Virus record (IMG/VR): IMGVR_UViG_3300046514_000338
Span: 10,937 to 74,936 of that record
From: a virus
Direction: 5' to 3' (one strand)
DNA length: 64,000 nucleotides
Shown here: positions 8,894 through 17,247 of the stretch, one piece after another
How the letters are laid out: each line of letters begins with the position of its first letter
Numbering within the stretch: the first letter of the stretch is position 1
Notes under the pieces: model-generated
What the model saw: only the letters and a program-made list of their open reading frames with translations
Databases searched by the model: none
Told to the model about the DNA's origin: nothing
Program-made: the position numbers and the translations under genes

Positions 8894-9079
8894 ATGCCAA
8901 ATTACGACCATAACGGGAAGGAGGTGAAAAAACAAGCCACGCAAAATGTGGCAATTCCAAAAAAATCATACCACAAACTTAGGTCATTCGCCTATAGCAA
9001 GGGTTGGAGAATTGGTTGGTTCTTTGAGCAAGCGGCGATAGAAAAAATGGAAAACGAAATTCAAAAAGAAAAAAAATAA
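8894..9079 (+). CDS. Small ribbon-helix-helix-like DNA-binding protein
   Basis: NVAIP....KL...A...G..IG.F.E.A pattern; located at the divergence point. Confidence 0.55.
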   Translation: MPNYDHNGKEVKKQATQNVAIPKKSYHKLRSFAYSKGWRIGWFFEQAAIEKMENEIQKEKK

Positions 9080-9080
9080 T

Positions 9081-9407
9081 ATGAACAAACGAACCGCCAT
9101 CAACCACGCAGCAGTTTCAATATTTTCTATTTTTATTATTTCGATTTTGTGCATCGCGGGGTATAGAGATAGTGACGCACGACCCACGCAGCGACACTCG
9201 CCGGTCATTAAAACATATATGTTCGCCGTGGATAGTCCCACTTATGTATTTATGGATAGCGTATGGAGGGCTTCAATACGGAATACTGGTTATACAATGT
9301 CTGCGCCGGATGCCGACCAACTTCGCGCAACCCAAGCGGGGATAGTTAACTTTTTCCAAACACAACGGGTGCAGCAGGATAGCGCGGCCAAAAAAACAAA
9401 AAAATAA
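9081..9407 (+). CDS. Hypothetical exported or membrane-anchored protein
   Basis: N-terminal hydrophobic segment. Confidence 0.55.
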   Translation: MNKRTAINHAAVSIFSIFIISILCIAGYRDSDARPTQRHSPVIKTYMFAVDSPTYVFMDSVWRASIRNTGYTMSAPDADQLRATQAGIVNFFQTQRVQQDSAAKKTKK

Positions 9408-9409
9408 TT

Positions 9410-9814
9410 ATGAATAAACAGCAAACAACACTCGCCATCATTGGCGCTATTGCAGTCGTCACCGTCTTTTTGTTCGGATGGCCGCAATATAAAGTGTGGC
9501 AGCAAAGAAAGGAAGGACAAGCCATGTTAGCACATGCGCAATACGCGAAAGAGGTAGCCGTAGCAGAAGCAAAAGCAAAAAAAGAAAGTGCCGCATTGTT
9601 ATCTGAAGCCGATACTTTAAGAGCACATGGAACCGCAAGGGCTAATGAAATTATCGGTAAGTCAATCACCAAAGAATACCTTCAATGGTTTTGGACAGAA
9701 TCGCTAAAGGAAAATCAAGGCCGTGAGCAAGTGATATATGTTCCATCGGGGCAACTAGGCGTACCAATAATGGAGGCGGGAAGATTGGGTGTAGCAGATA
9801 CGGGATTTCGCTAA
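9410..9814 (+). CDS. Membrane protein with SPFH/prohibitin C-terminal-like region
   Basis: TM helix, then AEA-rich coil, ANEIIG.S.T..YLQW and VIYVP. Confidence 0.65.
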   Translation: MNKQQTTLAIIGAIAVVTVFLFGWPQYKVWQQRKEGQAMLAHAQYAKEVAVAEAKAKKESAALLSEADTLRAHGTARANEIIGKSITKEYLQWFWTESLKENQGREQVIYVPSGQLGVPIMEAGRLGVADTGFR

Positions 9815-9816
9815 AT

Positions 9817-9842
9817 AAAAAAGCCCCGACTTCGAGGCTTTT
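9817..9842 (-). terminator. Intrinsic terminator between convergent genes (possibly bidirectional)
   Basis: Minus strand GCCTCGAAGTCGGGGC followed by TTTTTT. Confidence 0.65.
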
Positions 9843-9868
9843 CATAGAATGCTCTTTTACAAACCAGA

Positions 9869-10144
9869 CTAAGCGTTTGCAAGCGTTTGGATAGCTGCGG
9901 GTGTCAGGTTAGAGAAGAAAATTGCGCCCGGAATCGCAGCGGTGCGAACCGAACTGTAGATTAACGCCGCTCCTGCCACGCCGCAAGCCTGAAGCTGTTG
10001 CAGTGTAGCACCCGTATTTGGTTGCACCTGAATAGACGCACCAGCGAACATCATAATGTTACCAAAGGGGTAAAGCGTTCTGTCAATCAATTGCTGACTT
10101 CCGATTTGGTATATCGGAATAGGAATTAACGTTGACGTAGCCAT
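9869..10144 (-). CDS. Hypothetical protein, stand-alone transcription unit
   Basis: 91 aa ORF with an upstream TATTTTTG -7 box (about 10182-10189) and a downstream terminator. Confidence 0.65.
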   Translation of the reverse strand: MATSTLIPIPIYQIGSQQLIDRTLYPFGNIMMFAGASIQVQPNTGATLQQLQACGVAGAALIYSSVRTAAIPGAIFFSNLTPAAIQTLANA

Positions 10145-10227
10145 TTTCTAGTAGTTGTAGTTAAAAAATGTTGTTGACGTTCAAAAATAATTAAAAAAAT
10201 CAATATTTTTTGAAAACTTTTCAATAA

Positions 10228-11028
10228 ATGGCTATAACCTGCCTTCATTCATTTAACGCTGGCGACCTTATTACCATCCTACCGGGGTTCCAAAACCTAT
10301 ATATGTCGCTTAAAAAAAAGACCACCATCTACCAAAGGCTAGGTCTTCCCGCTTATTATTATGATGATGCGCAGCACCCAGTACAACAGGACGGGAAGCA
10401 GGTATGTATGAATCAGCAAGTGTTCGATATGATGAAGCCGCTGCTAATGGTGCAACCATATATTCAATCATTTGAAGTGTGGGAAGGGCAGGAAGTTCAT
10501 TTCGATATTGATAAAACGCGGCAATCATCCCAAATACCATTACCGGGTGGAGATATTCATGCGTGGCCTACCCTTATTCATCCGCAACTAGCGTGTGACT
10601 TAAGTGTGCCTTGGATTCATGTTGGTGGGAAGCGGGAAGGGTTTGCTGATAAGATTGTTATTAACCGCACCACTCGCTACAGGAATCATTATATACAATA
10701 TTTTTTCCTAAAGGACTATGAAGACAAAATTGTTTTTATTGGCCTCGAACATGAGCATAAGGATTTTTGCGAACAATTCAAATTAAAAATTCCATTATTC
10801 ACCGCGACAAATTTTTTAGAATTAGCTGAAGTAATATCTTCGGCTAGATTTGGGATTTTTAATCAATCATTAGCGTGGCACTTAGCCGATGCGCAAAAAA
10901 CAAAACGAATACTAGAGGTATGTACTGTTTATCCCAACTCCTTTGCAACAGGGAAGGATGGGTATAATTTCACGCAGCAAGAGTCTTTAGAATATAGATT
11001 TCATGAACTTTTAAAACAGACCGAATGA
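10228..11028 (+). CDS. GT9-like (heptosyltransferase-fold) glycosyltransferase
   Basis: HS.NAGDL...LP N-terminal motif; FLELAEVI..A...IFNQS...HLA.A C-terminal motif. Confidence 0.7.
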   Translation: MAITCLHSFNAGDLITILPGFQNLYMSLKKKTTIYQRLGLPAYYYDDAQHPVQQDGKQVCMNQQVFDMMKPLLMVQPYIQSFEVWEGQEVHFDIDKTRQSSQIPLPGGDIHAWPTLIHPQLACDLSVPWIHVGGKREGFADKIVINRTTRYRNHYIQYFFLKDYEDKIVFIGLEHEHKDFCEQFKLKIPLFTATNFLELAEVISSARFGIFNQSLAWHLADAQKTKRILEVCTVYPNSFATGKDGYNFTQQESLEYRFHELLKQTE

Positions 11029-12443
11029 CCAATTTGCCAAATGTAACACTCTGCATCATTGACTGTGTAAACTACGGTCCAGCTATTCAGGCAATCAGAA
11101 AAAGCCTGAGTCAAATCACTCCCGCTAAGACTATTTTCCTGACAGATATTTCCGCCGTCAACCCAAACTTCCCGTTTGAGATAATAAAAATTCCAAAAAT
11201 TGACTCAAAGGAAGCCTACTCAACATTCGTCATAAAGGAACTACACAAGTATATAAGTACAGATTATGTGCTTATTATTCAGCATGACGCATGGGTTCTT
11301 GACGGAAGCGTGTGGGATGATGGATTTTTGGAGTACGATTATATAGGTGCGCCGTGGCTGTATATCGACGGTAGAAACGTTGGCAACGGGGGATTTAGTC
11401 TTCGTAGTAAAAGGCTGCATGATATATTAGCTAGTGATGAATTTATATTGCCGGTTCACCCGGAGGATGATGCGATTTGCAGAACATATCGTCACTATCT
11501 TGAACGCAAGTATAACATAAAGTTTGCGCCGGAAGATATTGCTGATAAGTTTTCGTTTGAACTCAGAGAGCCGTCACAAAAAACATTTGGGTTCCACGGA
11601 AAATTTCATAAACAATTTAAGCCAACGGTTGTGGTTAAAAGAACTGGTGCGTTAGGGGATTTGGTCGCCGTAGAACCGCTGCTTAAATATTATTTTGATA
11701 AAGGATATAATGTTGTTATAGATGCGCCGCTGCATCTTGCGATGATTTATTCGCAACACTATTTCCCCGTCAGGCATATTTCGCAACTAACAGATGGTCG
11801 CGTTCCTTATACGCTTATTGATTTGGATGGTGCATATGAAACAAATCCAAAACAACTTCATTTGAAAAGTTATTATGATAGAGCAGGCATTACCGATGGT
11901 GAAATAAGAAGCCCGAAATTGAACATGGTCGCAGATGAATTTAATCGACTCTTTGTAGGTAAGTATGCAGTTATTCATAACGATGTGCGCGACCAACCAT
12001 CGCGTAATATTTACGGAGTGGATTGGGGAAAAGTAGTTGAACGTTTGCACGACGAAGGATTCATCGTTATCCAAGCGGGAATGTCGCCGCACTTACCAAT
12101 CGAAGGAGCGATTGATATGAGAACGGTAACTGTTAACATGCTAGTCTACCTCATGGCAGGCGCTTCTCTTTTTGTTGGCATAGATAGTGGCATTTCAAAT
12201 ATTGCGGCAGCGTTCCATGTACCATCGGTAATATGCGTTGGGTCTGTCAACCCAGAATATATTTATCCCGATATGTCCAACATCGAAATCGTGAACAATC
12301 ACCCATGCTGCGAAAAAAAGTATTGCTGGAACGAAGTGGTGTCAACAACGGGTCAGGATTGCTACATAGATAAAAACAATCCGCCGTGTACGAATTTTGA
12401 AACAGACAAAGTAATTAATGCCATAAATCAATTCTTTGAGTGA
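11025..12443 (+). CDS. DUF5672 (GT-A-like) + GT9 fusion glycosyltransferase
   Basis: QHDAW...FLEYDYIGAPW...VGNGGFSLRS...EDD...FGFH; second domain GALGD...FVGIDSG..NIAAA. Confidence 0.8.
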   Translation: MTNLPNVTLCIIDCVNYGPAIQAIRKSLSQITPAKTIFLTDISAVNPNFPFEIIKIPKIDSKEAYSTFVIKELHKYISTDYVLIIQHDAWVLDGSVWDDGFLEYDYIGAPWLYIDGRNVGNGGFSLRSKRLHDILASDEFILPVHPEDDAICRTYRHYLERKYNIKFAPEDIADKFSFELREPSQKTFGFHGKFHKQFKPTVVVKRTGALGDLVAVEPLLKYYFDKGYNVVIDAPLHLAMIYSQHYFPVRHISQLTDGRVPYTLIDLDGAYETNPKQLHLKSYYDRAGITDGEIRSPKLNMVADEFNRLFVGKYAVIHNDVRDQPSRNIYGVDWGKVVERLHDEGFIVIQAGMSPHLPIEGAIDMRTVTVNMLVYLMAGASLFVGIDSGISNIAAAFHVPSVICVGSVNPEYIYPDMSNIEIVNNHPCCEKKYCWNEVVSTTGQDCYIDKNNPPCTNFETDKVINAINQFFE

Positions 12444-13189
12444 TATACGATTGTTTCATATATAATGGAGAGCGGGAACTGTTAGACATTCGGATAAACG
12501 AAATGAGCCTATGCAAAGAACCTGTTGCCTGTGTTTGCGTAGAGGCTAATGTAACGCACACCGACGAGAGTAAAAGTATTGAGCGGATTACTACCGAAGG
12601 AGTCTATCATTTTATGGTTGGCCTTCCGTCAGGAGCAACCCCTAGGGAGATGGAGGCCATTCAGAGAAATAAAATCATAGATTCGCTGCTCCAATTAAAA
12701 CCAAAGGATGACGACATTATTATCATATCAGATATTGACGAAGTGCCAAGGGCTAGGCAGATTAATCTTTTTAAGCCACAAGTAGAGTTTGCCGCGCTTA
12801 TCATGGATAAATATGGGTATTACCTGAACTGGTTAGAATCAGCACAATCATGGGATAGGGCGAGAATTATGTCATGGCACTATCTTAAAGACAAAGAACC
12901 GGAAGCTGTAAGGAACAGCGGGTATGATTTTTCTCTTCATCATGCGGGGTGGCATTGGAGTTACCTTTGGAACAGGGCGCACCAAAAATTGAAAACATTT
13001 TCACACCAAGAATTAAACAATGAGGCCAACCACGAAGCTGTTACGGCAAAAGAAAATTTTTGGAGCGGAGAAAAACTGAAACGAATAGAACTTGACCTTT
13101 CCCACCCGGAGTGGTTGCTTAAAAACGAAATTACATTTGCGCACCTAATAGACAACCCATCATTTAAATATATATATGAAAGTATATGA
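12440..13189 (+). CDS. GT17-like (GnT-III family) glycosyltransferase
   Basis: IYDCF.YNGE.ELL.IR, VEA..TH, E..QRN, ISDIDEVP, GWHWSY, K...FSHQE. Confidence 0.8.
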   Translation: MIYDCFIYNGERELLDIRINEMSLCKEPVACVCVEANVTHTDESKSIERITTEGVYHFMVGLPSGATPREMEAIQRNKIIDSLLQLKPKDDDIIIISDIDEVPRARQINLFKPQVEFAALIMDKYGYYLNWLESAQSWDRARIMSWHYLKDKEPEAVRNSGYDFSLHHAGWHWSYLWNRAHQKLKTFSHQELNNEANHEAVTAKENFWSGEKLKRIELDLSHPEWLLKNEITFAHLIDNPSFKYIYESI

Positions 13190-13934
13190 TTGCTTTCCGT
13201 TTTTTAACGAACTGGATTTATTGAAAATAAGACTTGAAACGCTAAAGGAATTAGACCCCATTCATGTGCTCGTAGAGGCCACTACTACTCATACGGGGCT
13301 ACCAAAGCCGCTATACTTTGAAGAGAATAAGGAATTGTTCAAAGACTATAATATCCGCCACATCATAACCGAACTCCCAAACAACGGCGACTATTGGCTT
13401 GCAGAAAATAAACAAAGGGATGCTATCATTGCCGGCCTTTATGATGCAGAAGATGAAGACTTGATTATTATAAGCGACTTGGACGAAATTGCAAGACCGG
13501 ACAGAATACGCCTTTTTGACGCAAGCGTACATATTGTAGCGGGGCTGAAGATGGATAAATATAGTTACTATATTAACTGCCTTGAAGGAGCGCAGTGTTG
13601 GGAAGTCCCGAAGTTGACTACATTCGCGCACCTAAAGACAACTACCCCAAACAAACTTCGTAACGGCGGCCACGACACCATTATCCTTGATGCAGGGTGG
13701 CACATGAGTTTTTTGGGCGGCGTAGCAAAGATGAGAGAAAAGTTATTTTCTTATGCGCATACAGAAACGGTTACGGCGGATTTGTTAAACAACTTGGAGC
13801 GAAAGTTTGAGCGAGGGGAATCAATGTGGGGAACTGACCTTTGGCGGTTTGTACGAGTAGATGAAACGTTCCCGAAGGTCGTGCAGGAGAACAAACAATT
13901 TTATGAACAAATCGGTTTATTGAAAAAATTATGA
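13176..13934 (+). CDS. GT17-like glycosyltransferase, second paralogue
   Basis: VYDCFPFFNELDLL.IRL, VEA..THTG.PKPL, ISDLDEI, GWHMSF.GG, K..SYAHTE. Confidence 0.85.
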   Translation: MKVYDCFPFFNELDLLKIRLETLKELDPIHVLVEATTTHTGLPKPLYFEENKELFKDYNIRHIITELPNNGDYWLAENKQRDAIIAGLYDAEDEDLIIISDLDEIARPDRIRLFDASVHIVAGLKMDKYSYYINCLEGAQCWEVPKLTTFAHLKTTTPNKLRNGGHDTIILDAGWHMSFLGGVAKMREKLFSYAHTETVTADLLNNLERKFERGESMWGTDLWRFVRVDETFPKVVQENKQFYEQIGLLKKL

Positions 13935-14617
13935 TGTACGTTGATGGTAAAGATATGGGCTATAAAGCAAAAGCAGGCTGGTGGAATGACCCCTCAGATA
14001 AAGATGCGTTTCGTATCGCTGAACTAAACAATGATTATCCTTACGAATATTTTTCAACAGACCACGTTTCAGAAACGGTGGTTACGGCCTATTGCGATAG
14101 CGTAGTCCGGGCGTATGAATTATTGTCGGGAGCGCCGCTAAAAACAATTGTAGAGTTTGGGGCAGCGGGAGGGTGGTTCACATCTGAATTTTTTAAAAGA
14201 GGTTACCACATTTGGGGATTCGATGGTGCTGAAAGTGGTCTTGCGAAATGTTTTGACAGAAAAATATTTTTTGCAGATGCGCAGGATTTTCGCAAACCAA
14301 TGGCAGAGCCGTATAGAAAGTTTGACATTGCTCTTTGCACCGAAGTAGCAGGGCATATTGAGCCTCCGTTTAGTGCTATGCTAGTTTCAAATTTAGTAAA
14401 ACACTCAGATGTGATATGGTGGAGTAGCGAAGAAGTTGGTGTAACAAAACCACACTTGCACCATCCCAACGAACAGCCTTATCAGTATTGGATAAATATT
14501 TTTGAGTTTTATGGCTATAAGGCAAAAAAGATAAGCGACGAAATATTTTACGCCTGCGAAGGGCGCGGGAGATATATTTTTTATAACAGCAACACATATG
14601 ATAATGCGAACACTTGA
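13931..14617 (+). CDS. Class I SAM-dependent methyltransferase
   Basis: VEFGAAGG motif I; GFDG; FDIALCTEVAGHIE; HPNEQP..YW. Confidence 0.75.
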   Translation: MMYVDGKDMGYKAKAGWWNDPSDKDAFRIAELNNDYPYEYFSTDHVSETVVTAYCDSVVRAYELLSGAPLKTIVEFGAAGGWFTSEFFKRGYHIWGFDGAESGLAKCFDRKIFFADAQDFRKPMAEPYRKFDIALCTEVAGHIEPPFSAMLVSNLVKHSDVIWWSSEEVGVTKPHLHHPNEQPYQYWINIFEFYGYKAKKISDEIFYACEGRGRYIFYNSNTYDNANT

Positions 14618-15239
14618 CGAAATAGCTATTGAATGTGGTACCGATAAATCAAGTCGTGGTCATTCCTACTGCCAGTATTACGACATATTCTTTGACCAAC
14701 TAAGGTACAAGTCAATTAATCTGCTAGAAATAGGCATTGATAAGGGCGATTCATTGCGAATGTGGCATAAATATTTTCCCCACTCTGAAATTCACGGCAT
14801 CGACCTGCGTGGCGATTATGAGTACCTGCATGAACTAGGAATAAAAACACACATAGTTGACCACAGCAATCGCGGCGAATTAATAGTGTTTGGTGAGCAA
14901 TACGACCAGCATTTTGATATAATTATCGAAGACGGTAGCCACATGAGCGAAGATTCTGTACTTACTTTCGAGACTCTTTTTCGCTATCTTAAACCGGGCG
15001 GTAATTATGTCATTGAAGATATGCTATGCGATTATGATAGTCGGTGGAACAGCGGGAGAAGTTCCATAGAGCGGGTAAAGAGAATGGTCAGCGAGGTAAA
15101 CATGAGCGACGGTATAAGTCACGATAATCTATGCTCTAACAAAAAAGAAGCAGTAAAAAAATATGGCGGAACTTATTTTGATTTGAAAATAGAGTCTATA
15201 TTCGTGAGTTGCGGCCTTTGTATCATTAAAAAAATGTAA
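14598..15239 (+). CDS. Sugar O-methyltransferase (MycE-like class I)
   Basis: GTDK...H.Y...Y, LLEIGI..G.SL.MW, FDIIIEDGSH, LKPGG.YVIED. Confidence 0.8.
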   Translation: MIMRTLDEIAIECGTDKSSRGHSYCQYYDIFFDQLRYKSINLLEIGIDKGDSLRMWHKYFPHSEIHGIDLRGDYEYLHELGIKTHIVDHSNRGELIVFGEQYDQHFDIIIEDGSHMSEDSVLTFETLFRYLKPGGNYVIEDMLCDYDSRWNSGRSSIERVKRMVSEVNMSDGISHDNLCSNKKEAVKKYGGTYFDLKIESIFVSCGLCIIKKM

Positions 15240-15242
15240 ACC

Positions 15243-15773
15243 ATGAGTCTCTTTTGCCCGGTAGAAACATTACAGAACTCCAAAGAACTTGCTGAGATGG
15301 TTGACCTTTATCAAAAAGTAAAACCAAAAACGGTACTAGAGATAGGCAGTCTGTACGGCGGAACGCTTTATCATTGGATGGATAAGGCAGATTGGCTGGT
15401 AAAGATTGTGTCAATAGATTTAGAAGTGAGAAATAAAGAGATGTGGTTTTCGTGGCTAAAGGATGGGCAAAGCCTTGTTGCATTTCAGGGAAATTCATCA
15501 AACCCCGAAATGGTGGAATCGGTTTTAAAAACATTCCCGGATGGGGTTGATTGGTTATTTATCGACGGCGGCCATGCGTATCACGAAGCAAGAGATGATT
15601 ATTTTAATTATTTCCCGTTGGTGCGCCCCGGTGGTTATTGCCTTTTCCATGACATTATTGGCGAACTAGGCGTAGTCGCATTGTGGAAGGAGATAAAAGC
15701 GGCAGGTGTCAATGTAACTGAAATTTCTCACGAACCACCCTATCTTGGGATAGGCATAATTCAAAAGGCATGA
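15243..15773 (+). CDS. Methyltransf_24-type SAM methyltransferase
   Basis: VLEIGS..GG, LFIDGGH.Y, VRPGG...FHD. Confidence 0.8.
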   Translation: MSLFCPVETLQNSKELAEMVDLYQKVKPKTVLEIGSLYGGTLYHWMDKADWLVKIVSIDLEVRNKEMWFSWLKDGQSLVAFQGNSSNPEMVESVLKTFPDGVDWLFIDGGHAYHEARDDYFNYFPLVRPGGYCLFHDIIGELGVVALWKEIKAAGVNVTEISHEPPYLGIGIIQKA

Positions 15774-16501
15774 GCGATAAGATTACCTTGGTGACGGTGA
15801 ACTGGAACCAACAACCATGTGTTGAGTTGTTGCTAAAATCGTTTGTTGAGCATCATCATTCGCTTCGCCCGATACGGCTTTGCTTGGTTGACAACGGCTC
15901 TACGGATGGGTCAAAAGAATGGCTTAAGGAAAACGGAATACCGTTTATTGACCTCAAAGAAAATATAGGCCATGAGAATGCGCTGAACCATGTGTATAAC
16001 GACATAAAAACTAGGTACGTGATACTAAACGATACCGATGTTGAATATCATAACAACGTATATGATTACATTTGGGAACTTGGCGACAAACGAATCAGCG
16101 TTGGAGAACTTATTGACCAAAATCAAATGAATGGCATTCACATTAAAGATAGAATTTCGCCTTGGTTTTGGATTTTTGACATATACGCCATGCGCAATCG
16201 CGGCGTAAAATATTTCCGTGACCCGGCAGTTGGTGATTGGACATACGATGTGGGGTCTTGGCATTGGGATAAAATGAAGGAAAATGGTTTTGAAAATCTT
16301 CCAATCAATCGCAAACATTGGAACCAAGATTCTGAAATTGTGAGTATGCCGTATGAGCGGTTTGACCACATAGGAAAAGTATCTTGGGATTTGGATAACC
16401 ACGGTGACCGATATTCAGAAGTAATGCGCAGGAGATATTACATAAAAGACAGGCTGAAAGATTATGAGCACATTGACCTAAAAGGAAAATTTATACCATG
16501 A
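15770..16501 (+). CDS. GT2-family glycosyltransferase
   Basis: VTVNWN, VDNGSTDGS, NIGH..ALN, DTD (DxD). Confidence 0.8.
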   Translation: MSDKITLVTVNWNQQPCVELLLKSFVEHHHSLRPIRLCLVDNGSTDGSKEWLKENGIPFIDLKENIGHENALNHVYNDIKTRYVILNDTDVEYHNNVYDYIWELGDKRISVGELIDQNQMNGIHIKDRISPWFWIFDIYAMRNRGVKYFRDPAVGDWTYDVGSWHWDKMKENGFENLPINRKHWNQDSEIVSMPYERFDHIGKVSWDLDNHGDRYSEVMRRRYYIKDRLKDYEHIDLKGKFIP

Positions 16502-17238
16502 CACTAGGCGGCATATTAATGATAAGGGAGGGCGTAAAGTACGATTATTGTTTTGAAGAGGCCATCGTATGCCTAAAGGAATTATGTGACGAAGTGGTTG
16601 TGCTTGCAATAGATGGTGACGACAACACCGTTGAAATTTGTAAGACATACGAAGACCAACACACTATGGTCGTCGTCTTAGATTCTTTAGAATGGTACCG
16701 GCAAAAAGGGAAAGAGCGACTTTCGTATTTTCAAAACATTGCTAAATCGTTTTTGACCACCGATTATTATTTTTTATTGCAGAGCGATGAAATTGTCCAT
16801 GAATATTCGTTTCCCGATATAAGGAAAGCTATAGAGACCGGGAAAGAGGCATTCCCGGTTCACAGGATAAATCTTTGGAGAGACTGCAATAGTTATTTAA
16901 GTGTAGGGCAGCACAGGCAACCATGCAATACAAGCCCAATAAGACTTGCTAAAATAAAATACGATTCTGTTGGCGATGGGGAGAGTATAGGTGCCGAAGG
17001 AGAATGGGGCTTGCAATATTATATAAAAATGTATCACTATGGCTTCGTAAGGAAAAGAGAGGTGATGAAAGCAAAGGTGACCAATATGCAAGAAACGGTA
17101 TTTGGTATAGACCACGACCCAAAACTTGACCAAAGCGAAGAATTTGATTGGCGATTGTGGTTTAGCGAAGAAGACCTAAAGCCTATTAGTGGCACTCACC
17201 CGAAATTTATCAAAGATTGGATTATCACACGACCTTAA
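16498..17238 (+). CDS. GT2-like glycosyltransferase
   Basis: CDEVVV...D.T, LQSDE, HYGFVR, HP..I..W. Confidence 0.7.
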   Translation: MTLGGILMIREGVKYDYCFEEAIVCLKELCDEVVVLAIDGDDNTVEICKTYEDQHTMVVVLDSLEWYRQKGKERLSYFQNIAKSFLTTDYYFLLQSDEIVHEYSFPDIRKAIETGKEAFPVHRINLWRDCNSYLSVGQHRQPCNTSPIRLAKIKYDSVGDGESIGAEGEWGLQYYIKMYHYGFVRKREVMKAKVTNMQETVFGIDHDPKLDQSEEFDWRLWFSEEDLKPISGTHPKFIKDWIITRP

Positions 17239-17247
17239 TTATTAAAT

